The notes under the pieces are model-generated. The model had not been told where the DNA came from. It worked only from the letters and a program-made list of their open reading frames with translations, and made no database searches. From Selaginella moellendorffii (taxonomy: Eukaryota > Plantae > Lycopodiophyta), in NCBI RefSeq assembly GCF_000143415.4, contig NW_003314378.1:7847-71846 (forward strand): a stretch of DNA of 64,000 nt, read 5' to 3'. A program made the position numbers and the translations under genes. Shown here piece after piece: positions 25,447-38,227 of this stretch (its first letter is position 1; each line of letters starts with the position of its first letter).

Positions 25447-26449
25447 GAAGGCAAGAGGCCAAGGGCTGATTCCACTCATATATGACACTACTGCTGCTGC
25501 AAAGACCCTCCATGTACTTCTTTGTAACTTTTGAGAAACCAAGAGTAACAAATCTGCGAAAGCTACTGGCTGGCTGCGAGCATTGTAACTAGATTTATTC
25601 ATCATATTACCTATTTGTTAAAAACCTTTTACCTCCTCAAAATAATGGATTGATGATGGAACAGGATGGTCTGTACAATGGTCATGGGTTTGCTCTGGCC
25701 ATGGCACCAGCACAAAGGTTAGATGGATATAACAACTATGCCATCCAAGGACCACCATAAGCCTGTAATTCTGCTGCTTGGGTGAAGAGGAGGACATTGA
25801 AGGTAGTAGATGGTAGGAAGAGTTTTCCAACACATACAACAGTGATGGAAAGTAAAAACCATCAAGACGAATATGAAGTACTTTTGCTCATCATGGTGGC
25901 ATGCCTTGTTGCAAGATGGGAGAACTTCATTTTCAAGGTTTAGCCCCAACTAGTTTTTGAATGGTGAAGTTTTTTAGCTATTCACTACAGAATAAGGCAA
26001 TTGATGATGAAGTGGCATTCAGTGATAATCTATATAAAGCACTATTACAATGCATCACCTACAAACAATCCCAAGAAGGTAAATTAGTTTGAGACTAGGC
26101 TTGCAGACCAGAAACCCAACTTCAACACACAAGCTAAACAGATTGGTGTTATGTCAGATTTAAGCACCCATAATAGAAATCAGAAAATATTTTCCATAAA
26201 GTGGGCAACAATAGCTTCACATGCAGTTGAGAATGATAACATGCACAAACCTAACACCATACACATTAATGTTCTCTACTCATCCAAAAAGAATTTGAAC
26301 TTTGCTCATTCGAATGGTGAAGTGATTGCTATAGTGCTTTCCATGCCATATCTTGCTATAACTTTTAGTGCGTACTACATGAAGCTGAGAAGTCTTCACT
26401 AGTGGTATTAGATAGAGTTTGAGGTTCTTTATATACATCCACAAAGATT

Positions 26450-27360
26450 GAGAGAAGTTTTTTGGGTTTATTCACTTTTCTTTGTGATGAGCTTGTTCCA
26501 AAATTGGCCAGGAGGCCTCCTCCAGATTTGGCAAAAATACTAAGGTGGCACTTGCTTGTTTCAAAGAAAATAGCTATTGCTTTGAAACACTTGGCATTTG
26601 GGGATATGTGGTGAATGATTTAATGCATTTGGAGTGACTTCATGCACTACTCAAGCTTGTCTATGGCATTTTAGGTATGCATTATTTAAGCATGAAGGAC
26701 TAATGATCCATTGGCCAAATGAGAAAAGAATGAATGAAGTTATAGCAAGATTTCAAAGATTGCGTGGATTCTCAAATTGTTGTGATGCAATGGATGGCAC
26801 TCACATTGCAATCAAGCTCCCAAGATCAGGGTTCACAACAAATTGGTATGTTAGGGCAAGAAAATACTATTCAATGGTAGATAATAAAACTTCATTCTTT
26901 GACATAACAACAAGGATAACAAATAATATTCCAAATAGATGAGTTTGGAATTCTAGTGGTTTGAAGGATTGAAAAGAAGTGTTTATGTAACCTAGTGTAC
27001 CACACAAAGTTCGAGGGGATTCCATAGTGGAGGATATGATTAATTTTGGTTAATAGGTTCATGGCAAAAAGGTACAACTTCCTTCATTCTTCTACATGGA
27101 TTGTTGTCAAGTGATCTTTTGGAATTTTGAAGAGGCAATGAAAATTGCTAGCTTAGAAAGGATTCAGAGGACATCAAAGCATCTTTGCAAACAATATCAT
27201 GGCTTGTTGCATATTGCATAACTTAATGATCACAAAAAATGACAAGTTCATGGAAAATCTTAACTCTAACAGATTTAACCTCCACAAAAGGTCTCTTCAT
27301 TTAGCCAAAGATGGCATAATTTTGAGAGATACTGTGGAAAAATTTGTTGAGAGTTTGGAA
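26450..27360 (+). pseudogene. Second PIF/Harbinger transposase remnant
   Basis: IHWPNE...FQRLRGFSNCCDAMDGTHIAIKLP, FGILKRQ, IIMACCILHNL. Confidence 0.78.
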
Positions 27361-27911
27361 TGATAGTACTTTATTCAATACAATGTTTCTGCATGAACTT
27401 GCATCATGAGATATTGATATTTTGTGAGACTAGACGCTATGCTACTGGTCAGTGAACATGAGAATCCAGAACACAAAAACAGTACCATAGTCCATATAGA
27501 ATGAAAAAAGGAAATAAGATCCATGAGGAAAAGCTATAAGCTCGCTAGCTAGTCTTGCAAAGCTTACCATGATCCAGATGTGAAGAGGATACGCATCAGC
27601 CTTGTTGGAACTTTGGGCCAAGGCTGTCGATTTCTCCCACAGATCCTATCAAACAGCGACTCCATGGATGTCACTGCGAAGAAATTGCAAGAAGAAAAGA
27701 CAAAGTAGTGTTTGTGACGAGCCAGAACGAAGCACCTTCCATTTTGAAGTTCCCTAAAAGTCAATGTTCTCCACAACAGTGGATGCATTGTATGACCCTG
27801 CAAACATTCCAAAAAATTCTATCAGCCTTCTAATCGAGCCCCGTTATACTTATCTCTCAAATTTGAGTTGTGCAAAGTGAGGGCACCGCAAATCATGCAT
27901 GGCAGCATCAC

Positions 27912-28500
27912 TCAGCTGGCCTTGAGCTTGGGCAGGCTAAGGAAGAAGTCCGTCAACACCGTCTCGTATGCAGGCATCTGGTGAAATAGTTGACGTGGTA
28001 GTGGTTCCTGGCTACCACAGATGAGTCCCAGATAAGATTGAAGTTGAAGATCTGGAGCCCTCAATCCCTTGGCCAGCTCCGCCACAAACTTGGTCGGTGG
28101 GAGGCAGTCCGATGCCCCACAGATCTGCAAGAAGCACAGTGCCTCCAACCGGTTGAGCTCGTCCTCAGGCACATCCGGGAGGGACCTCCGCTTGACACAC
28201 TTGACGTAGTTGCCCACCACGTACATCTTGAAGATGACGCCACCATGGTTGAAGAATTCCTGGAGGACAACCGGCAGCTTGAACTTGGTGAGACCCTCTT
28301 GGTTGAAGGTGAGAGACATGGCATGGGAGTTTGTGCTGCCATTGGCCACCAGCAGCTTGGTGATCACCGGGAACTTGGGGCTGCTCATTGCCTTGAGATC
28401 GCCCTGGCAATCCGCCCTCAAAGGTCTCCTGTTCGTCACCCAACTGGAGGTCCGACACCACCTGGAGCATCTAGATGCGGTTTGTGAATGGAGGATGCTC
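27912..28500 (-). pseudogene. ITPK1: Inositol-tetrakisphosphate 1-kinase (ITPK1-like) fragment, 5'-truncated with frameshifts and deletions
   Basis: NRI*MLQVVS, FPVITKLLVANGSTNSHAMSL, PVVLQEFFNHGGVIFKMYVVG..VKCVKRRSLPDV, MPAYETVLTDFF. Confidence 0.85.
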
Positions 28501-30118
28501 ACTCACCAGCCATGGCAATCCAATCTGGAGCAGCTTCAATGCCAGGGTTCCCAATACACCCAAGTAGACAATACTAGAGAACCCTAGCTCTTTGCATTCT
28601 TTGCCTTCTCCTTGAACAAGGCATTTGAAAAGTTTATCTTCCCTCCTGACTACTGGAGACAGCTTGCTGATTCACTTCTGTGCCTGCTCAAGTGATCGGT
28701 GGAAGTTCAGAAACTTCTCTACGGTTGGTTGAGTATTTCTATAAACATACTGCCAAAAAAGAAATAAAAGAAGTGTAAAAGAGCAATGGCCTTGTGAAGA
28801 AACTTGAGTACCACACCAAGCATCAACATGCTTATTCTGTGATTCAGGAATTGACCATGGACAAAATCTGGATTGATGAAATGTGTATGTACTATTCCCC
28901 AATGCCCCTTAGGGGCTAAAAACAATATCGAGAGTGCACTCTTAAAGATACTAACAAGACTACAAGCACGGATGCCCGGTGCTGCTTGTGGGATGCCTGC
29001 CTTCCAGGTGACTCCACCGCAAAACTTGAAGCCACCTGCTACACTCCACGACACTCGAGACTGCTACAGAACACTCCACCATCAACATGCATCCAGTGCC
29101 AAAACGATGCCCGATCGCAATGCAACTCCAACTCGTAGATCCATGCGAGGTGTGAACATCCTCCAACTCATAGTCAGAGTGTGCTACCCTGCCTCCTGCA
29201 TGGGACAAGTGCACTAGCCCATTTTCAAAAGATTCCTAGCCCTAGGGACTAGAGAAATGGCCCAAGCCTCCTCTTATGGGAGCCAAATGCTCCAGATCTA
29301 GCGTTGGAGAGGAAATGTGTGGATCCCCTACACATGCAGCATCTAATTATCTCCGTTGGCTGCTAGTCCCTATTGTGGTTGCTAGTCCCCATTGTGGCAG
29401 CAATCCCTGCCATTGGATCCAAAAATCCTCCCTTCCCGATCATCCTCAAAGCGAGACATTGTGCATGGTCTTCCAAAGAGAATCTAGAAAGCTGGGAACT
29501 TTTTCAAGTCCTAGTTACTCCAAATCACCCATAAAATAACATCCAGCTCCACCAATCCTCAATTGCTACTGTCTCTATCACACATCAAGGCAAGCAAGAT
29601 CACATAGATTTTGGTAAAGAACTCTATTTCTAGAGTTTTTGCAACTGTTTGTCCACTGTCGAAATGCCTTAAGAGCCTCCTAATACTGCAACAACCTGCC
29701 ACTGCTAGCGCTAGAAGCCCTAACTGCCCTCCAACAGGAATCCTAGCTAGCCGCTGCCCAAGAACCTTAATTCCAGAGTGTGAGCTAGACAAGAGCTGGA
29801 TCGAGATCAAACTTTGGACTTGCATTTTAACAATTTAAAAAACAAATTTGGCAATTCTACTTCTCCTTTGTCACGGTTGATTCCACAAAAGTTTGCCTGA
29901 GAAGTTGAAGCTCCTTGCACATCATGTGTGTTCTTTGCAACATCATCACATCTCTCCTATCTACAGCCACAATTGAAGCTTGGTGCTATTCATCATTAGT
30001 TACTTAAATTTTCTCCAAGTCTCATAGCTCAGGTCGTCTCATAAATCTGCTGGTTCCAGTTCCAATTCCATTAGTGTTAAGCACCACATCAGGATAATAG
30101 GATAAAGAAGGGGCAATG

Positions 30119-33100
30119 TGTTAGGTGCCAGCTTTGACCACATGGTCAACGTTGGTCAAAGGGAGGCTCAAGGGTATATTAAGGGATGTTAGGGTAAGGG
30201 AAAAAAACCTACCCTAGGGCTTACAGTGGAGTGGCGGTGCAGTGGAGCTTTTGAGGTAGCTCGGGGGTGGTTGGTGAGGAACCTCAAGAGGTGGTGTAGC
30301 ATAGTCTAGGGCGACTAGATCTCTGTCTTTTTGTGCCAGATCATAACATTGGTATTAGAGGAGTTGGTTGCGATGGCCGACCAAGCTGAATGCTGGAATC
30401 CTATTGTCAGTGGTGGTGCTGATGATGGTGCTGATGAAGCTGTGGAGATTTGGACCATTCAATATGTGGTTCATGAGCTGCGAGCCCTTAATCGAAATCA
30501 GCAAAAGATGCAAGACAAAATGCATGGCATAATGGATACCATGCATGGGCGTGTTGAGGCACTCGAGGCTGGACGGGGTAGCACTCCAAGTAAACCTTCT
30601 TTGGTAGAGCGACTCAAGATTCCAACCTTTTTCGGTGATGGTGGTGTGGATGAGTGTCTCGCTTCGCTAGCCAATGTGAAAAAGTTCTTAGCTGCTAAGG
30701 GAACTCCAGATGCAGAGGCTTTAGTGGCTATTCCAATGGTTTTGCGTGATGTGGGTCTTTGATGGTGGAATTGGCTTAAGGAGTCTTGTGTTGCAGATAA
30801 GAAACCACCAGTGTCTACCATGGATGAGTTTGAGGCTGCTTTCCGTTTATGTTTTGCCCCTCATTACAACGTGGAAAATGCTCATACAAAACTTTGATTC
30901 GAGCAAGGGAAAATGACGTTCGGGGACTATATTGAGCTTGATTAGTCGTGTTCCAATGAAAGATCCAGATCAGAACAAGTCCTACTTCATTGATGGCCTA
31001 CATATTGAGAGCATGCAGCAACACTTGCGTCATTCTCACCCTACAAAGAGTTTGAAGGAGCTTTTTGATGTGGCTCGTTGACTTGACAATGACAAGCATA
31101 GGTCTTGCAAGCATTCGCAAAGTCCTTTTGTCGATAATCATTGTGATAATTGCCATGGACACAAGGATGGGAACAAGCATCACAAGTTGAAGTTGGTGGT
31201 GACTACTTCGGATGCAAAGGGGTCCAAGAAGTGGAAGTTCTTTGTGAAGAATTATAAACAGGGTTGTCATCATTGTAGCGAACTTGGACACTATAAGGCT
31301 GATTTTCCGCAGTTGAAGAACAAGCAGTAGGATAAGAAAAATGGCCAATCTTCTAGTCATGGTAAGTTAGATACTAAAAAGTTACAAACTTTGCAGCATG
31401 AGGATGATGAGAACAACCATTCTGATCAAAGGAAGAGACTTTCGATCGTTGCTCGTTAGCTCAACTGTGTGTGGAACAAGATGGAGCTCGAGGATACGTG
31501 TGAATCAGCTTTAATGCTGGAGGGCGTGTTCCGTGGCGATCCAGTGCAGATTTTACTGGATAGTGGGAGCGATAACAACTTTGTTTCGGCTAAGTTTGTT
31601 GCAGAGCATGGCCTGGTCACACGCGGAGTTCTTCCATACATAGTGGAAGGTGCAACTACCTCTACTTAGCATTTTGATGCTTGTCTCGAGGGGCTGGAAG
31701 TGTTGGTTGGCAAAACCACACTTGTGGAGACTTTTTATCTCGCGGATATCCATCATGTGGATTTCATTTTTGGGATGCCATGGTTGGTGAAGGTGGATCC
31801 AGAAATAAAGTGGAGTATTAAGCATATCTCGTTGGAGTATGATGGTGTTAAAGATGTGTGGTTTGGCAAGGGCGTTCAACCACCAGTTGTTATGCTCTCT
31901 GTTAACTCTTTGAAGTAGGCTTGTCGTAATGGAAAAGCACTTTCGAGTTACTTGCTATTTGTTCATGACTTGGGGGACCAAGGCACGTGTGGGGGAGAAG
32001 CAACAGTACGGGATGTACTTGATGAGTTTTCTGATGTTTTTCCATCTGAACTTCTTCATGGGTTGCCTCCGTTACGAGGTGTGGAGCATGGGATTACATT
32101 AGAGCCGGGGACGTGGCCATTTTACCGGTGTTCATTTCGGTTAAGTTATGCAGAGGAGCAAGAAGTTCAACGACAAGTCAAAGAGTTACTTGAGTTTGGA
32201 TTTATTCAGCCAAGTAAGTCTCAGTTTGGTGCTTTGGTCTTGCTTGTGAAGAAGAAGGACGGTTCAATGTGGATGTGTATTGACTACCGCGCTTTGAACA
32301 AGAAGACAGTGAAGGATAAAATGCCAATGCCATATGTGGATGATATCCTAGACAAGCTTGGTGATGCACGAGTGTTTACCAAGATTGATCTGAGGAGTGG
32401 ATATCATCAGATTGCAATGGATGATGCATTTATCTCCAAAACGGCATTTAACACAAGCTTTGGACATTTTGAGTTTACAGTTATGCCGTTTGGTTTGACG
32501 AATGCACCAACCACATTTACTTGGTTGATGACAAAGGTATTTGGGTGTTATCTTCATGAGTTTGTGAAGATTTTCTTGGACGATATTCTTGTTTTTAGCA
32601 AGAATATGGAGGAGCATAAGGTGCATTTGTGCAAGGTTCTTTTGTTACTCCGAGACAGCAAACTTTATATGAAGAAGAGCAAATATGAGTTTGCAAAGTC
32701 AGAGGTGGAATATCTAGGCTATATTGTGACATCTAAGGGTGTCAAGATGGATCCAAGGAAGGTGGTTGTGGTGGAAAACTGGCCTACACTGACTACAGTG
32801 GCCGAGTTGCGCAGTTTTCTTGGTATGGCATACTACCAATGTTTCCAGCATAAGTTTGCAGAGGTGGCTATTCTTTTGATGTGGTTGTTACACAAGAATG
32901 TGCCATTCGAGTGGAAGAAGCCACAAGAGGAGAGTTTTGTAGTGTTGAAACGATTGTTGAGCGAGACTCCAGTGCTTCACATTGCTGATCCATCGAAACC
33001 TTACAAGGTGACATGCGATGCGAGTGGTTATGCACTGGGAGGAATTCTCATGCAAGAGGGACAGCCTATTGCATATGAGAGTCAAAGTTTGAATTCCGTA

Positions 33101-35026
33101 GAGCAACGCTATTCCATATATGAACAAGAGTTACTCTCTATTGTTCATGCTTTGTAGATGTGGTGACACTATTTTTATGGTGCAGTGTTCGTGGTGCAAA
33201 CCACTTGTGTATCTTTTTACACAGGAGTTGAACACTAAGCAAGCTCGTTGGATGGTCAAACTCATGGAGTTTGGGGAGTTTTCTATTGAGCATTGTCTAG
33301 GAAAATCCAATGTGGTGGCAGATGCTTTATCTCGTGTTTGTCATGTGACAACGTTACAAACACGATTTTGTCATCATTTGAGTAAGGTGGTTAGCAAGTT
33401 TGGGCAGTTGGTTGAGCATGCTTAGGCTTAGGATGCTGAGGTGGCCTCTTTGCGAGACTAGATGGAAGCCCCTTTCTCATTAGTGGATGGGATTCTCTAC
33501 TACAATGGCCGTGTATATTTGCTACGAGTGGATGTGTTAATTACTCAAGTTTTATTCCACTATCATGATCGTCTAGAGGCCGGTCATTTTTGGGGGAAGA
33601 AGACGTATGAATTGATTAAGCGCAACTTTTATTGGAGGAATATGAAGGCTGATATCCTCAAGTATTGTAAATCATGCAAGTTTTGTCAGCAGGTTAAGGT
33701 GCTATAGGAGAAGCCGGGGGGACTTTTGCAACCTTTACCTATTCCTCAGAGCCTTTGGTGTAATATCTCTATAGACTTCATCACTTGTTTGCCACTAACA
33801 TAGAGGCAAAACTTGTTTGCCACTAACATAGAGGCAAAAGGAGCAAATATGGGTCATAGTGGATTGGTTGACAAAGTATATGCGGTTGTTGGCTCTTTGA
33901 AAGATTGTCACTACCTCAGACTTGGCTGCGGTTTACTTAGAGAAGGTTTTTTTTTTATTTTGGTTTGCCGGAGGATATCATTAGTGATCGAGATTCAAAG
34001 TTCACCAGTGGATTTTAGAAAAGCTTTGTATAGGCTATACAAGTGACTTTGAAACTCTCGAGTGGAGATTATCCTCAGACGGATAGGCAAACCGAGCGTG
34101 TGAATCAGGTGGTGGAGGATATGCTACGTTGTAGCATTGGTTAAAGGTAAGAACAGTGGGATCTTCCGTTGGTGCAATTTGCTTACAACAATAGCCAACA
34201 CAGTGGAACCAAGCTAAGTCTTTACTTTGCCATATATGGAAGGCATCCTCGAACAATGGTGGAGTTGGGATTGCATTTGAGTAAGGACGTTCATGATAAG
34301 CTTGATTCTGAGGCAACTGATCTGGCCATAAAACTTGATGAGATTCTGGTGGTGTATAAACGGAATTTGCAAGTAGCTCAGGATAGAGTGGAGAAGTTTG
34401 CGAATGAGCATCGCCAATTCCGGGAATATAAAGTGGGTGATCTCGTCTTTGTGCGAGTGATCTTTCCATCAAGTGAGCGGCAGAACACCTTGGTGCTTTT
34501 ACAAATAGGGAAGAGTGATAAACTTTCCTATCGATATGCTGGTCCATATGAAGTGCTAGAGCGCATTGGTAAAGCGGCTTATCAGGTGCGGTTGCCGGCT
34601 GGGGTGAAAATTCATTCGGTATTTTATGTCAGCCAGTTGAAAGGTGTACTATCTTGGAGTGATGGGCCCAATGCCTCCTTGATGTATACGGCTGTGGAAG
34701 ATGGACCAAGAGCTTGAGCAAAGTTCCCCAAAAAGGGTGATCACAAGTACAACTTGTCCTTGGGACAAAGACTTTGTTGGGGGGGGAAGAATTGTTAGGC
34801 GCCAGCTTTGACCACGTGGTCAACATTGGTCAAAAGGAGGCTCAAGGGTATATTAAGGCATGTTAGGGTAAGGGAAAAAACCCTACCCTAGGGCTCACAG
34901 TGGTGTGGCGGCGCAGTGGAGCTTTTGAGGTAGCTCAGGGGTGGTTGGGTTGTGAGGAACTTCAAGAGGTGGTGTAGCATAGTCTAGGATGACTAGATCT
35001 TTGTCTTTTTGCACCAGATCATAACA
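30119..35026 (+). mobile_element. Ty3/gypsy LTR retrotransposon A, full-length but inactivated
   Basis: LTRs 30119-30348 and 34793-35026 (TGTTAGG...ATAACA), PBS TGGTATTAGAG, PPT GGGGGGGGAAGAAT, degenerate TSD CAATG/CACTA. Confidence 0.95.
30373..34717 (+). pseudogene. gag-pol of gypsy A (gag, zinc knuckle, protease, RT, RNase H, integrase, GPY/F)
   Basis: [63 protein letters not shown]. Multiple stops and frameshifts; no chromodomain visible. Confidence 0.93.
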
Positions 35027-36956
35027 CACTATAATCAAGTGATCACCCCTTTAGCCAGTTGGCTTAGGGTGTAAGGGATAGAATCCTAACATTGGTATTA
35101 GAGCCCAATTTGATTCTCGTGGCTGACGAGTGGGGCAAGAATATTTTGAAGGAATATTCAACATAGTGGATCTAGAGAACTAAGGTTAGGTAGACCCTAA
35201 GAGAAGGACCATGGTGACCAGAGGGTGGCCTAAATATGATTACGGATGATCATTCCCTGGCGAAGGGAGGATTGTTAGGCACTAAATTAGGATAATAGGA
35301 TAAAGAAAGGGCCCTATAATCAAGTGATCACCCCTTTAGTCAGTTGGCTTAGGGTGTAAGGGATAGGATCTTAATCCTAAAAGAAGGACCATGGTGACTA
35401 GAGGGTGGCCTAAATTTGATTGTGGATGATCATTCCCTGGCGAAGGGAGGATTGTTAGGCACCAGATCAGAATAATAGAATAAAGAAAGGGCCTTGCAAT
35501 CAAGTGATCACCCCTTTAGCTAGTTGGCTTAGGGTGTAAGGGATAGGATCTTTACAATCAAAGTGAATAATTGGAACATCTAACACTCTCACAAGTTCCT
35601 CTAGATGCTCCACATGACAAAAATGCCCTAGAAATTTCTCCATCTTCTCCTCATCAAGCATCTGTTTGACCTTCACCATTTCACAAGTAAATTCCCCACC
35701 CCACAGCCAATGCTGGAGGCATTCACTTGCCGTGCCCTCCTCAAAAGGTGACAGCATCAAGTCATTGTAGCTTGAGCATTTGAGTTTTGCAACCTCCACA
35801 AAACTCTCAACCTCTAACTGGGTTCCATCCTCACTTCCAACTGAATCACTTCTTCTTGCACCATCCCTTGTGCTGGAAGTTGTATCACTGCTATTGTCCA
35901 AAGTATCAACTGGCTCAAAAGCCACTGGCACTCTTTTACCAGCTTGATCATTTTTTGTGCACCTTTTGAAATGGAAAATTTATATTGTACAGCCTTCCCA
36001 TTTCTAACTACATATAAACGCCAATGTTACTCATACAAGCTAGATCCACAGCTTAATTATCTAAAAACCAGATTATATGCCAGGGGAGTGGCTAGTTGAG
36101 TGAAGTTGCAATCTTTTGAAAGAAAAGATTAAAAGTCTAGAGAGAGTAAGTTTCAAGTTAAACACTTCTTCCATTTTGCTATTGATACTGTTATACCACC
36201 AATGTCAACAATAAATCTAACTTGATTGTCAACCCTTTACCCCTAGATCTCAACAGCCCCCAAAACATAGTATTGCTGAAGAATTAGAACTTGAGCACAC
36301 AAATACAAGACCCTAAACCTTAACTCCCAATCATTCCAAAGCAACGCATATTGTTCTTAGCATTGACTCTTTGAATTATCTAGTTCATATGAAAAACTAG
36401 CTCATGAGTAAGAAGCTTCTTAACTTCTGGCACTAGATTTACTTGTAAAGCATCTTGGAGCACAGAGATTCTTAGAATATCCTTAGGGAATATTCTAAAT
36501 ATGAGAGAGGATATTCTATGCAGGACCTTTGTTCCCCACAAGTTTAGGCCAGAGCAAGGATGTATTGAGTTTCTTTGCTATAGAAGAGCTTTTTGTTGTG
36601 TTTGAGCATGTTTGAGAGTGAAATGGTGTGTAGAACACACACTAGAATGGCGACCATAGTGGGATTCCCAGCAGTCCATTCCATTTTCGTGTTTTCTTTG
36701 TTGTTCTTGAGAGTTGTAGGCGTAATAGTAGGCAAACTTGTACCTGTGGGAGAAACCCTAAAGTAGGATCAAACATAGGTAGATCCATAGCACATTGGAG
36801 AAAATGGATTGTTGACTGCTCCATGTTGAGATCAAAATGCCCACTCTCGGAATCTATGATTGAGGAAGAAAACTTGCTATCTGAGATGCAATTTTGAAAA
36901 TCTAGCTCATGCCACAACCAAGAGAATTGCCCTTGAGGCTTGAAATAAGGGAATAG

Positions 36957-37056
36957 NNNNNNNNNNNNNNNNNNNNNNNNNNNNNNNNNNNNNNNNNNNN
37001 NNNNNNNNNNNNNNNNNNNNNNNNNNNNNNNNNNNNNNNNNNNNNNNNNNNNNNNN
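36957..37056. other. Assembly gap (100 N)
   Basis: Run of 100 N. Confidence 1.
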
Positions 37057-37589
37057 GCCCAATAGTGGCAAATGCCAAATCATGCGACAAACCAAAAAAA
37101 TGTTTGGCTATGACATACCTCTGTCTCAACCAACACATCTAGAATATATCCCAAGCTCTAGTAACCAACCACCAGTGTGAAAAAAGCCCAACTCTTAAAA
37201 TAAACAAGCCACACTCCTAAAATAAGCAAGAGCAAGTGTGAAAACTAGTTAGAAGCGACGAAAATAGGTGAGACAGAACTCATTCGAAAGCTTCTGACCT
37301 ACCAACTCTTTGACAAAATAAATTTTGAAAAATCCAAGTAGAAAAGAGGCCAAAGTCTACATATACAATGCAAGAAGAGAACTGACATCACATCTCTTGA
37401 TATACATCACCAAAATTCATAAGACCAGACTCTTTTGAAAGATATTTGCATACTCTAGCTTTTGGACAAAACAAATCTTGAAAAATACAAGTAGAAAAAA
37501 TGCAAGAAAACTCCAAAGTCCACATATACAGCACAAGAAGAGAAATGACACTACATCTAAACATGTCTTCTAGAAATTGCGAGACAAAG

Positions 37590-37967
37590 TGTTAGGATCC
37601 TATCCCTTACACCCTAAGCCAATTGACTAAAGGGGTGATCACTTGATTGCAGGGCCCTTTCTTTATCCTATTATCCTGACCTGGTGCCTAGCAATCCTCC
37701 CCCTCGTCAGGGAATGATCGTCCGCGATCATACTTAGGCCACCATCTGGTCACCATGGTCCTCTTAGGGTCTACCAAACCTTGGTTCTCCCTCTAGATTC
37801 ACCATGTTGAATATTCCTGCCCCACTCGTCAGCCACGAGAATCGAACTGGGCTCCGATACCAATGTTAGGATCCTATCCCTTACACCCTAAGCCAACTGA
37901 CTAAAAGGGTGATCACTTGATTGCAGGGCCCTTTCTTTATCCTATTATCCTGACCTGGTGCCTAACA
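37590..37967 (-). mobile_element. TRIM family B, complete 378-bp copy
   Basis: LTRs 37590-37693 and 37864-37967, PBS (rc of GCTCCGATACCA, 37851-37862), PPT (rc of ATCCTCCCCCTC). Confidence 0.92.
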
Positions 37968-38227
37968 ATTGGTGTTAGGCGCCAGCTTTGACTATGTGGT
38001 CAACGTCGGTCAAAGGGAGGCTCAAGGGTATATTAAAGCATGTTAGGGTAAGGGACTTAACCTACCCTAGGGCTCACAGTGGAGCGGTGGCGCAGTGGAG
38101 GTTGAGGTAGCTCGGGGGTGGTTGGGTGGTGAGGAACCTCAAGAGGTGGTGTAACATAGTCTAGGGCAACTAAATCTTTGTCTTTTTGCGCCAGATCATA
38201 ACATTGGTATCAGAGGAGTTGGTTGCG

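Larger units (their letters stand above)
30075..35556 (+). mobile_element. TRIM family B tandem array (three ~104-bp LTRs); first LTR split by gypsy A
   Basis: LTR1 30075-30118 + 35027-35091, PBS TGGTATTAGAGC, PPT GAAGGGAGGAT, LTR2 from 35272, LTR3 35452-35556. Confidence 0.85.
28600..35960 (-). mobile_element. Old, highly decayed LTR-retroelement-like remnant (F) hosting TRIM-B and gypsy A
   Basis: Gag-like frame ...VPIIHFD (~35560) continues as LMELELEP below 30074. GHWGIVHT integrase-like remnant near 28900. Confidence 0.35.

Noticed and set aside
25450-26400. Possible Myb/SANT partner of the Harbinger or another gene fragment on the minus strand
   Set aside because: Short exon-like frames exist, but no motif could be recognised with confidence.
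27564-27700. Exon-like piece with ILFTSGS (AMP-binding enzyme-like)
   Set aside because: Too short and degenerate to assign.
27912-28500. ITPK1 fragment as a retrocopy
   Set aside because: Plant ITPK1-type genes are often natively intronless, and no poly(A) or TSD is seen.
33782-33840. 28-bp tandem duplication in gypsy A integrase (and a 16-bp one near 19805-19845)
   Set aside because: Ordinary slippage/repair duplications in pseudogenes.
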